38,625 bases of DNA from a virus (taxonomy: Duplodnaviria; Caudoviricetes). Made by a program: the position numbers and the translations under genes. Below the pieces are notes generated by a model. The model did no database searches and was not told the DNA's origin. It saw only the letters and a list, made by a program, of their open reading frames with translations. This document shows positions 8,466 through 16,181 of this stretch, piece by piece (position 1 is the first letter of the stretch; each line of letters begins with the position of its first letter). The stretch lies in the IMG/VR virus record IMGVR_UViG_3300048998_000250, positions 1-38,625 of that record. One strand, written 5' to 3'.

Positions 8466-8654
8466 ATGAGCCGTTCTGACCCAAGGTTGCCCAAACCGAC
8501 AAAGACGACCGGTTCGCCTAAGAAATCGCCCGGACGCCCTGCGGAGCCCCTGGTCATCCCCGGCAACTGGAAAGACGCCGTGAAGCAGGCGATGGCGAAG
8601 GGGAAGCCCCCGGCGAAGAAGGCCGCCACGAAGAAGCGGCGCCCCAAGAAATGA
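8466..8654 (+). CDS. Small basic protein at IS1595 right end
   Basis: 62 aa with PGRPAEPLVIPGNWKDAVKQAM core; inverted repeat GCTCATG-N6-CATGAGC upstream (8421-8440). Confidence 0.55.
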   Translation: MSRSDPRLPKPTKTTGSPKKSPGRPAEPLVIPGNWKDAVKQAMAKGKPPAKKAATKKRRPKK

Positions 8655-8710
8655 GCGCCGCCAGCCCGTTACCCCCGGGAGGGCGAATGTGCGCCAAGTA
8701 CATACTTCCC

Positions 8711-8749
8711 GTTGCTTCCGTCGATGAAGACAATGGCTCGGTCGCGCAT
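8711..8749 (-). pseudogene. NYN nuclease 5' fragment (MRDRAIVFIDGSN)
   Basis: Joins in frame to WYHSL at 4116 once the element and one TSD copy are removed. Confidence 0.92.
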
Positions 8750-8761
8750 GGCGGGATCACC

Positions 8762-8876
8762 AAAAGAAAAACCCCGGTGTGTGGCTGAGAGCCAGACACC
8801 GGGGGGGTAAATCCTTGAGCGCCCGTGAGCACTCAAGGTCGTGCAAAGAAAGTATCGGCAAGCGTTCTGAAAGCAA
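8762..8876 (-). promoter_or_regulatory. NYN leader: promoter, hairpin and terminator-like hairpin
   Basis: TTGCTT-16-TACTTT; hairpin at 8813-8838; CCCCGGTGT...ACACCGGGG followed by UUUUUCUUUU just before the ATG. Confidence 0.6.
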
Positions 8877-8920
8877 TACCCAGACCACCTATTCGGGGTT
8901 CCTTCGGCTGTGGGCCACTT

Positions 8921-9037
8921 CTAGAGGAGGGCAACGACCTCTTCCAGCTTCCAGACGTGATCCGCGACGCCTGCCGCCATTGCCGGGGTCCGCTTGATCC
9001 CGCCCGCTGCTGTGGTGAGCGTCTTGTGCGCGCGGCC
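8921..9037 (-). pseudogene. IS1-family transposase C-terminal remnant
   Basis: GRAHKTL...RTPAMAAGVADHVWKLEEVVALL* is characteristic of the C-terminus of long IS1-family transposases. Confidence 0.8.
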
Positions 9038-9235
9038 TGCACACTCGCCCTGAATGCAGAATCCACCGCCCGGCACGGGAAGAAATGGACGGCGAAGGCA
9101 GCGGCCGAGCGGGCAAAGAATCGAATCCACTGCAAACGCGGACACCACCTGACGCCGGAGAACACCGCGACCACCAAGCGCGGGCGAAGATTCTGCCTCA
9201 CTTGCCGCGCGAGCAGGCGGTTGCTGGTGGCCTAG
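9038..9235 (+). pseudogene. Phage HNH-endonuclease-type C-terminal zinc-finger remnant
   Basis: HCKRGHHLTPENT...GRRFCLTCR motif; no start codon or HNH core remains. Confidence 0.65.
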
Positions 9236-9361
9236 CCGGACCGTCGACGCCGCCGGCATCGCACTAGCGCCTCCCCCGCGAGGGAGGGACTGCTGGCAGG
9301 ATCGTGTACGCCGGCGCGCTGGCCGATCGGCCGTCCAGGGCCGGCATGCGCGCGACATGGC

Positions 9362-9697
9362 TCACCCCACCTTCGGGGTGATCGTGATCGTGAAGTTCGA
9401 GTCGTTCGGGAACCGCATGATCGTCAGGTCCGCGAACGTCACCTCGAACTCCCCGTCGAAGGTCCCCGCCGTGGCCGTGTCCGCCGCGAGCCAGGCGTAT
9501 TTCACCTTCCCGTTCGGTGCATCGACGAGCGTGCACACCCCTCGGGTCACGATGAGGGTGGAGGTGTTCGTCACCTTCATCGAGAACGTCACGGTCGCCC
9601 CGGTGAGCGGCTGCGGCGTCACGCCATCGGTGCCGACGAGCGTCGCGGTGAGGAGCGGCGCGGTGTCGCCTTGCTTGAGCTGGACGGAGGTTGCCAT
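9362..9697 (-). CDS. BppU N-terminal-like phage structural protein
   Basis: LKQGDTAPLLTATL...LTGATVTFSM...GKVKYAW...DTATAGTFDGEFEVTF. Confidence 0.75.
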   Translation of the reverse strand: MATSVQLKQGDTAPLLTATLVGTDGVTPQPLTGATVTFSMKVTNTSTLIVTRGVCTLVDAPNGKVKYAWLAADTATAGTFDGEFEVTFADLTIMRFPNDSNFTITITPKVG

Positions 9698-9704
9698 GGG
9701 AGCC

Positions 9705-11096
9705 CTAGGGGATGAGGATGGTGAGCCGAGAGCCCGGCACGGTAAGCGTCGTCGGACTGGTCGGCGCGACGCGGGCGGTCGTCGGCGCCAGCACGGGGAG
9801 CGTCATGCGCACGAGGGAGGCGCCGAGCACCGCCCGGGTCGGGGACCGCACGACGGCCGTGGCGTTCGCGAAGCTCGCCGTGCCACTCGCGGTGGCCACG
9901 CCGGTCACCGTGCCCGAGAGCTGGAGCCGTGCCCCGGCGCTCGCGCTCGCCACGCCCGTCGCGGTGGCCGCCGCTTGCGTCTGCGGGGCCGCACTGGCCG
10001 CCGCGACGCCGGTGGCCGTGCCCTGGAGCGAGAACTGGGCGCCCGCGGTCGCGGTGGCGACGCCCGTGGCGGTCCCGCTCCCCGCCTGCATGAGCGTGCC
10101 GAGCGTGCCGAACGTGGTGAGCGCACTCTGGCAGGCGTAGTCGAGGGCCCCGCGCGCTGCCGTATAGGCCGCCGTGGCGATATGCACCTCGTCGATGTCG
10201 GCGGTGATATACTCCGTCGACCCGTTATACCCGACCGTGAGCGTGCCCGTGGTGTTCCGCGCGCTGCCCGCGATATATGTGAAGGGGGTCGCGCTTTGCA
10301 GCACGCCGTCCAAATAGAGCGCGGTGGGCGCGTTCGCCGTGACGACCCCTTCGAGGAGATGCCACGCGCCCGTCGCCGGGGCGTTGCACTTGAGCGCGAC
10401 GATGTTTGTTCCGTCCCACCACAAGAACGCAAAGCTGGTGACGTTGCCGACGAAACTTGAGTTCTCGCAGCGGAGGATGTAATTGCCGTTCTTGCAGATG
10501 ATCTCCGCGAACACGCCCGCCCCGGGCAGCGCATTGAGCTGCACCCAGGCGGAGAGCGTGAGGTCGGTGGTCGATCGCACCGACGCCCCATCGGGGAAGC
10601 CGATGCCCTGCGCGCCCGCGAAGTGGGCGGCCCCCCCGATCTGCCCCGCAACGGCGGTGGCCCCGCTATTCGTCCCCGTGTTGGCGTTCGCGGACGAATC
10701 GGCGAGCGAGAGCGTCGTGCCGTCGCCCAGGTGCGCGATGACGCCCGCCGACGCGCCCCACACCCCACTCACGTTTTCCTGGCTCGCCGCGATGGCCGCG
10801 TTGCCAACGAACGCATAGAGGACCGGATCGACCGTGCTCGAATACGTCGGGGTCCGGATATGCACCGTGATCGTGCCCGTCGCGGCAACAAACGACCCCG
10901 GCTCGATCTCGTGATCCAACCGCGTCGCCCCCGCCGCATCGCTCGTGAAGATGCAGTCGTAGCCCGACGCCGAGGTGAAGCGGCCCGCCCCAAAGGCAAA
11001 GGTGCGCGTGATGACGCCATTCGTGACGTCTGCCGACACGGCGGTGTGCGGCGCCGTGAACACCGCCCGGTATTGGTAGCCGTTGCTCCAGGCCAT
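9705..11096 (-). CDS. DUF2341-like plus LamG/ConA-like virion protein with GTATGVA repeats
   Basis: AWSNGYQYR...TRLDHEIE...; LTLSAWV...WHLL...LYLDG...DIDEVHI LamG pattern; four repeats of about 18 aa at the C-terminus. Confidence 0.8.
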   Translation of the reverse strand: MAWSNGYQYRAVFTAPHTAVSADVTNGVITRTFAFGAGRFTSASGYDCIFTSDAAGATRLDHEIEPGSFVAATGTITVHIRTPTYSSTVDPVLYAFVGNAAIAASQENVSGVWGASAGVIAHLGDGTTLSLADSSANANTGTNSGATAVAGQIGGAAHFAGAQGIGFPDGASVRSTTDLTLSAWVQLNALPGAGVFAEIICKNGNYILRCENSSFVGNVTSFAFLWWDGTNIVALKCNAPATGAWHLLEGVVTANAPTALYLDGVLQSATPFTYIAGSARNTTGTLTVGYNGSTEYITADIDEVHIATAAYTAARGALDYACQSALTTFGTLGTLMQAGSGTATGVATATAGAQFSLQGTATGVAAASAAPQTQAAATATGVASASAGARLQLSGTVTGVATASGTASFANATAVVRSPTRAVLGASLVRMTLPVLAPTTARVAPTSPTTLTVPGSRLTILIP

Positions 11097-11110
11097 GGCG
11101 CGTCAGCCGC

Positions 11111-11500
11111 TCAGGTCTCGGCGACCGAGACTGTTCCGGCCGGGAACGTGAGCGGGACGTTGATCGACGTCGCCACCACGGCGGTCAGCGCATCCTCGTA
11201 CAGCAGGTTGCCGAGCGTCGCGGCGTCCCAGATGCCGAAGTGCGTCACCGTGCCCCACGCGGCCGGCGTCGGCGCCGGAAACGTCACGGCGCCCGAGTTG
11301 GACCCCGAGCCCCCTGCCGGCGCGCCGAACGCGATCGCCGTCCGGGCATACGCGTTCCCCGTCACCTCGTTCGCGCCCGTGAGGCCGGGCGCCGCGGTGT
11401 GGAGCGACATGTACATGGTGGCCGGGCCGGTGAACGCGGTGGCCTTCAGCACTGCGTTGTACACGATGCCACGGAGGTACGTGCTCTTGGAGGCGGACAT
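11111..11500 (-). CDS. Conserved small phage tail/structural protein
   Basis: YMSLHTAAPG...EVTGNAYAR...WGTVTHFGIWDAATLGNLLY motif common in phage tail regions. Confidence 0.8.
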   Translation of the reverse strand: MSASKSTYLRGIVYNAVLKATAFTGPATMYMSLHTAAPGLTGANEVTGNAYARTAIAFGAPAGGSGSNSGAVTFPAPTPAAWGTVTHFGIWDAATLGNLLYEDALTAVVATSINVPLTFPAGTVSVAET

Positions 11501-11506
11501 TGGCAG

Positions 11507-11800
11507 TTACTCAGGGCGAGGGGTGAAGCAGTAGGGGCATCGGGCGGGCGTGTGCGTCTGGTCGGACGCCCACTGTCGGCAATACGCATTCGCGCATTTC
11601 CAGAACAGGATGCGTGACGGCTGCTGGTAACTGGCTGGGTCGCGTCGCACGACAGGGCCCGTCCACACCGGCGGCGCCTCGTGATCGAACACGTAGTGCG
11701 GGACCTCGCCGCCAGTGCCGTGCGTGAGCGGATCGCGCCGCGTGGCGCGGGCGCGGCGGGGGGTGACGGGCAGGCCGTCGATGCCGACGATGCGCAGCAT
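11507..11800 (-). CDS. Small zinc-ribbon protein
   Basis: WKCANAYC...RCPYC; ATG 4 nt after the upstream stop. Confidence 0.6.
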   Translation of the reverse strand: MLRIVGIDGLPVTPRRARATRRDPLTHGTGGEVPHYVFDHEAPPVWTGPVVRRDPASYQQPSRILFWKCANAYCRQWASDQTHTPARCPYCFTPRPE

Positions 11801-11804
11801 GGGC

Positions 11805-12479
11805 TCAGAAGCTCCGCTGCACGAGGACGTAGAAGCGGGGCCTCTCCCCGAGCGCCACCCGCTGTTCCCCCCGCGCGCCGAGCGCCCACGGGCCCGCCAC
11901 GCGCACGGTGACGTCCACCGCGATCGCAGAGACATGGGCCATGGGGTCGTAGAGGAGGGACAGTGCGCCCCCGAGCCGAGGACGGTGCTCGAGCCGCGTG
12001 ATGAGCGTGTCCTGCTCGCGCGTCGTCACCTGCCGGTCATGGTCCAGCGAGTCCGCCCGCTGCCGCTCCGCGCCTGCGGCGAGCGCGAAGTGCAGCGCGG
12101 CGTGCCGGAGACTGTCTGCGGCCGCCACCAACGCGGGGAGTCGCGCGATGTCGTGCGCCGTGTCGGCGGCCGTGAGGGGGTGCAGCACGAGCGTCGGGCG
12201 CACGGCATCGTAGCGCGCCACGGCCCGATGTAGCGTGCCCGCCTGCTGGTCGGTGACGAGCCTCGCGGTCCCGAGCCGGGCCGAGTCCTGCGCACTCGCC
12301 GCTTTGGACTGGGCGATGACGCGAACGAGCCGGCGCACCTCCACGTCGTGCGTCTGCTGACGATGGAGCACGAGGGCCGCGAGGGCACAGGCGCCCAACG
12401 CCACGCCGACCAGCAAGACGAAGTGCGCGAGGCCGGGCACGCGCGCGAGCGCGGGGCGAGGGTCAGGGAGCATGGCCAC
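11805..12479 (-). CDS. Spanin candidate: N-terminal TM, coiled coil, C-terminal beta strands
   Basis: TM FVLLVGVALGACALAALVL; helical middle; ends ...RFYVLVQRSF; follows the endolysin. Confidence 0.65.
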   Translation of the reverse strand: MAMLPDPRPALARVPGLAHFVLLVGVALGACALAALVLHRQQTHDVEVRRLVRVIAQSKAASAQDSARLGTARLVTDQQAGTLHRAVARYDAVRPTLVLHPLTAADTAHDIARLPALVAAADSLRHAALHFALAAGAERQRADSLDHDRQVTTREQDTLITRLEHRPRLGGALSLLYDPMAHVSAIAVDVTVRVAGPWALGARGEQRVALGERPRFYVLVQRSF

Positions 12480-12702
12480 CCCTCAGCATGAACCGCCGCC
12501 ACCATGCGCGGCGCGGAGCGATCGGGCTGACCGGCAGGCGCTCGACGGCGCTGGGCCACTCGCTCGCCGGGGTGAGGTGTGCGTCGTCCGCGGGCATGGG
12601 CTCGTCCGGCTCGGGGCAGTCGCCGGGGCGCTCCAGCGCGCGGAGGCGGAACAAGAGTTCCTTCGCTTCGGCGAGCCGGTCGCCGTACTCGGGACGCTGC
12701 AT
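12463..12702 (-). CDS. Small hypothetical protein in lysis cassette
   Basis: GAGGTGG RBS; MQRPEYGDRLAEAKELLFRL...RRAWWRRF. Confidence 0.55.
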   Translation of the reverse strand: MQRPEYGDRLAEAKELLFRLRALERPGDCPEPDEPMPADDAHLTPASEWPSAVERLPVSPIAPRRAWWRRFMLRGGHAP

Positions 12703-12716
12703 GGCGGCCACCTCAT

Positions 12717-13160
12717 CTACTGTGGGAGGCGAACGAAAACTTTGTCGTCTGCTGAGACGGGGTGTTCGTAGACGCCATCGCCATTGGACGACGCGCCCGT
12801 TGCACTGGTATTCCCCGCGATGGTCGTGAGCGGGGCGGTCGCGGTGACGATGGCCACGTGATGCGCGTGGCCCGTCGCGGTGACGGAGAAACACAGATCG
12901 TCCACCGCAGGCCCGCGCACGACCCACCCCTGCGCGCGGCAGTAGTCGAGCTTCGTCTGACACGAGCCGGTGCGCGGGCTCTGGGTGTGGCCGTGGTACG
13001 CGATCGCTTCGACGACGGAGGCGAAATCCGCGCACCAGGAGTCACCGACGACGCCATCGCAAAACCGCTGGAAAAACTCGACAAACGCGCCCGCGTTGGG
13101 GCCGTCCGTCTCGCGCACGAAGTCGAACCGCCGGGCGACGGCGGAGAGGGAGGCGGGCAT
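12717..13160 (-). CDS. CHAP-domain endolysin
   Basis: VRETDGPNAG, SWCADFAS (catalytic Cys), HHVAIV (His), TIAGNTS; TGATG coupling to the holin. Confidence 0.85.
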   Translation of the reverse strand: MPASLSAVARRFDFVRETDGPNAGAFVEFFQRFCDGVVGDSWCADFASVVEAIAYHGHTQSPRTGSCQTKLDYCRAQGWVVRGPAVDDLCFSVTATGHAHHVAIVTATAPLTTIAGNTSATGASSNGDGVYEHPVSADDKVFVRLPQ

Positions 13161-13432
13161 CACATCCCGTCCTTCGGCGCGGCTGGGTCGCTGGCGCGTC
13201 GGCCGCCCACGATCGGCAAGTTCGTGGTCCCGAGCGAGACGAAGAGCTGCGTGAGCGCCACGGGCGCGCCCGAGCTCGGGATGAGATAGGCCCCGAACAG
13301 GGCGACCCCGATCCCGGTCAGCAGGAACACGAGCGACGGGGCCACGCCGTGCACCGCGGGGATGAGCGCGAGCCCCGTCACCACGAGACCCACGACGAGG
13401 AACAGGACACCGAGGATCGTCTGGCGCGTCAT
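13160..13432 (-). CDS. Holin
   Basis: 90 aa, at least two TM segments, charged C-terminus, immediately upstream of the endolysin. Confidence 0.7.
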   Translation of the reverse strand: MTRQTILGVLFLVVGLVVTGLALIPAVHGVAPSLVFLLTGIGVALFGAYLIPSSGAPVALTQLFVSLGTTNLPIVGGRRASDPAAPKDGM

Positions 13433-13611
13433 GCTGACCGCGGCGAGAAACCGTCGCGTTCAGGCGACGGAGGAAGAGCCGGTCCGATGTCAACGCGGCG
13501 CAGAACATCGCGGCCCGGGGTGCCGTAATGCACCCACAGGTGTCGGAAAAGTCGGCTGCTGTTGCCGCCTGAGTACAGGCACGAAGCCGTCTGCTTCAGT
13601 TGACGGTCCAT
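13429..13611 (-). CDS. 60-aa ORF translationally coupled on both sides
   Basis: TAATG overlap upstream and ATGA overlap downstream; MDRQLKQTASCLYSGG... Confidence 0.4.
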   Translation of the reverse strand: MDRQLKQTASCLYSGGNSSRLFRHLWVHYGTPGRDVLRRVDIGPALPPSPERDGFSPRSA

Positions 13612-14171
13612 TACGGGAGGTCTCCTTTGCGGCGGCGGGACGGGTGCGGCGCGCGGCGCTCTGGCGCGGTGAGATCGGGCGCGTCGCGCCCGCGGAGGAA
13701 GCCCACGACGTCGGCGATGGCGGTGGCGTTGGCGACCGCCTCGTCGTGCACCTTCTCGACGGCGGTGCGGATCTCGGAGAGGGCCGATGTCGTGGCGGTC
13801 GCGGAGTGCTGCATCGCGGCCGTCTGCGCTTCGATCGCCCGCGTGATCGTGTCGGTGAGCGCCTTGCCCTGCGCCTGGATCGCGGCGTCCAGATATTCCA
13901 GCCGGTCCTCGTGGACCCTCACCAGGTCGATCGCCGCGTCGCGGGCCGTGATGTCGTCGGCGAAAATCTCCTCCACGGCTTTCTTCACGTCCGGGCCGCA
14001 GTCGGAGAGGTGCGAGCGCCAGATGGCGCGGGAGACCGCTTTGCCGATAAACAGGCCCGTCGCAGCGATGATCCCGACGCAGATCGTGGCGACCTTCCCG
14101 GCAAGCGCCCACGCGCTCGCGTCGGGCAGCGTCGGCGCGGCGGCGGATTGCAGGAGCGTCAGGATCGACAT
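13611..14171 (-). CDS. Single-TM coiled-coil protein (holin/antiholin-like)
   Basis: TM KVATICVGIIAATGLFIG followed by heptad helices; first gene of the lysis cassette. Confidence 0.65.
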   Translation of the reverse strand: MSILTLLQSAAAPTLPDASAWALAGKVATICVGIIAATGLFIGKAVSRAIWRSHLSDCGPDVKKAVEEIFADDITARDAAIDLVRVHEDRLEYLDAAIQAQGKALTDTITRAIEAQTAAMQHSATATTSALSEIRTAVEKVHDEAVANATAIADVVGFLRGRDAPDLTAPERRAPHPSRRRKGDLP

Positions 14172-14209
14172 CGGATGGCGGGGAGCAGAGGCCACGGGGA
14201 ACGTCCCTA

Positions 14210-14310
14210 GGAAACGCAGACGGCACCCGCCAACCCCGAAGGGTCGTTGGGTGCCGAGATCAAGCGGCGACAAGATTGTGCGCCCCCGAAGGGGCTGTGA
14301 CTGCAGTGTA
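14210..14310 (-). ncRNA. Leader/attenuator element copy B (before lysis cassette)
   Basis: TACACT -10, small hairpin, ACAATCTT, GCCGCTTGATCTCGGC, terminator stem CGGCACCC...GGGTGCCG then TCTGCGTTTCC; homologous to 36380-36494. Confidence 0.7.
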
Positions 14311-14336
14311 CTACGGGGGCCGGAGCCGGGAAAGCA

Positions 14337-14687
14337 TCAGTGCGGGGACTCGCCGTGCCAGGCGTGCACGAGCAGCGGGGGCCCGTGGCCGCCCTGATTG
14401 CCACGGAGCTGCGCCTGCACGTCGGCCGGGAGCCGGGCGTGGCGCTCCCGGAGCGAGCCCTCCGAGAGGACCGTGCCCGGCGACGGCACGCCCACGACGG
14501 ACCACGCGAGCGTGTCCGGGTCGCGGCGCTGCTGGTCGGCGCAGGAGTAGAGGTCGCCGGTGAGATGGGCGATGTCCATGTTGAGCAGCTCCTGCGCCGT
14601 CGCGGGGCGCACCGTGCCGTCCAGGTCGCGCACGGTGGGCAGCTCGCTCGGGGCGATCCGCCTCACGCTATAGGCAATCGAGTGCAT
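14337..14687 (-). CDS. Hypothetical phage protein
   Basis: 116-aa ORF with GGAG RBS in the tail operon. Confidence 0.65.
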   Translation of the reverse strand: MHSIAYSVRRIAPSELPTVRDLDGTVRPATAQELLNMDIAHLTGDLYSCADQQRRDPDTLAWSVVGVPSPGTVLSEGSLRERHARLPADVQAQLRGNQGGHGPPLLVHAWHGESPH

Positions 14688-14712
14688 GCATTATCTCCGA
14701 TGACAGGATGTT

Positions 14713-16059
14713 TCACAACACATTGCCCACCAGGTCGAGTTCGAACGCGGTGAGCTCCGACAAGATCCCCTGCGCGGTCGTGGCGACGACGTCGGCGTAT
14801 TTCACAACCTTGAACTCGGCGAATTTGCCGAGCCCCACGCCGCCGCTGTAGTGCGAATTGATTTGGACTTTGGTGTCAGCCCACGCCGCGGGGAGCGCGG
14901 CGCCCGCGACGAGTCCAGAATCCGTGACGGCCGCGCCGTTGATCGATTGCACGAGCCGAATCGACCCGGCCGAGGTCAGGAGCCACACCAGATCGAGCGT
15001 ATCGCCGAGCCCCCCCGTGGCGAGGGACGCGACGTAGTTCGCCCCGGACGCGACGGGCTGATAATAAAGTTGATAGACCCCTGTGGCGGAGCACCACATC
15101 AACAGGCGCGGTCCTCCACTCCCCGCGATCGTATCGATCGCCCAGAGGCCGGCGCCCGGGACGAGCGAGGTGCCTCCCTCCACGAGCCGGAGGTGGCCGA
15201 TCATCGCCTGCGGCGCCGGCGGGAAGTTCCAGTAGAACGAGTCCGCACCGCGCGTGCTGGCTGCACTCGTCGTGAAGATCGGCGAGGACCCCACGACCGT
15301 GTTCAGCTCGACCTGGGCCTGTCCCACAATGGCGCCGCCTGTGGTCGCGGCGGCGGTCGTCCCGAGCACCGTGCCCGCGCCGGGGTAGATCAGCCATTGG
15401 AGGGTCGTGTTGCCGGTCGCGTTGTTGGTGAGGGTGACCTCAACGATCCACCAGGGACCGTCCGGCAGGACTCGGAACGATCCGCCGCCCCCGAGCGCGC
15501 CGGACGACGCGGCGGCCCCGGTCGCCTTGTTCAGCATCACCTGCTGCAGTTTCGTCGTGGTCCCGCCAGTCAGGGACAGCTCGAGCGCCGGGAACGTGGT
15601 GGCCCCCCCGTCATTGAAGATCCAGAATCGCGCCGTATGCGTCGCCCCGTCGTTGGCGATGGCGAGAGTCTGCCGGCGATTGTAGAACGCCGTGGCATCG
15701 TTGTCGGCGAGCACGGACGCGCTGTTCGCCGTCCCGTCGAGCCCGACCCCGGTGAGCGTTGCCGTGCCGATGCCGCCTGTCAGCCACGCCGCGTTGGACA
15801 GATCGCGCGACCAGAGCAGGCTGTTGGTGCGCGCCATCTCCAGGAGCAACATCGCCCGCCGCTCATTGGCCGCGGTCGACTGATCGGTCTCGTAGTGGAA
15901 GCCGCGCGGCGTGTTGACGATCGCGGAGGCGTAGCGATTGTTGATGCCCCGCCACAGCGCGGAGGAATTCCGGCTGTGCGTGGGGAGATCGCCCACACTG
16001 GGGATCGGTCCGTGGCGCGAGGACCAATAGTGGAGGGCGCTGCTGCGGCTGAGTGTCAT
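14713..16059 (-). CDS. Fibre/spike-type structural protein with carbohydrate-binding/LamG-like domains
   Basis: LLLEMARTNSLLWSRDLSNAAW and TRGADS motifs; paralogue of 22739-23896. Confidence 0.75.
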   Translation of the reverse strand: MTLSRSSALHYWSSRHGPIPSVGDLPTHSRNSSALWRGINNRYASAIVNTPRGFHYETDQSTAANERRAMLLLEMARTNSLLWSRDLSNAAWLTGGIGTATLTGVGLDGTANSASVLADNDATAFYNRRQTLAIANDGATHTARFWIFNDGGATTFPALELSLTGGTTTKLQQVMLNKATGAAASSGALGGGGSFRVLPDGPWWIVEVTLTNNATGNTTLQWLIYPGAGTVLGTTAAATTGGAIVGQAQVELNTVVGSSPIFTTSAASTRGADSFYWNFPPAPQAMIGHLRLVEGGTSLVPGAGLWAIDTIAGSGGPRLLMWCSATGVYQLYYQPVASGANYVASLATGGLGDTLDLVWLLTSAGSIRLVQSINGAAVTDSGLVAGAALPAAWADTKVQINSHYSGGVGLGKFAEFKVVKYADVVATTAQGILSELTAFELDLVGNVL

Positions 16060-16181
16060 GCGGGGCTCGCGGGGTGAGAGTGTCGCGAAACGAGACAGTG
16101 GACCACGGCGGGGACAGCCTGCGGCGTTGCGGACGGGGCCGCCGCGCCGTACCGTAGGGGCGTCTCCAACGGAGTCGTGCC

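Larger units (their letters stand above)
4125..8710. mobile_element. IS1595-family element with passenger genes (4586 bp)
   Basis: TIRs GGGAAGTGTGTACTTGGCGCAC (4125-4146) and GTGCGCCAAGTACATACTTCCC (8689-8710) match at 21/22; 8-bp TSD GTTGCTTC at 4117-4124 and 8711-8718; contains an IS1595 transposase. Confidence 0.95.
3480..9037 (-). mobile_element. Decayed IS1-family-like element carrying NYN passenger (other end deleted)
   Basis: End motif GGCACTGGTACAGTTTGA at 3480 resembles ends I recall for IS1-family elements (GGTAGTGGNNCAGTTTGA); IS1-type transposase C-terminus at 8921-9037. Confidence 0.55.

Noticed and set aside
8825-9235. 136-aa + strand ORF as a real gene
   Set aside because: Chimeric: the 5' half is the antisense of the IS1 remnant and NYN promoter; only the last about 65 codons look like protein.
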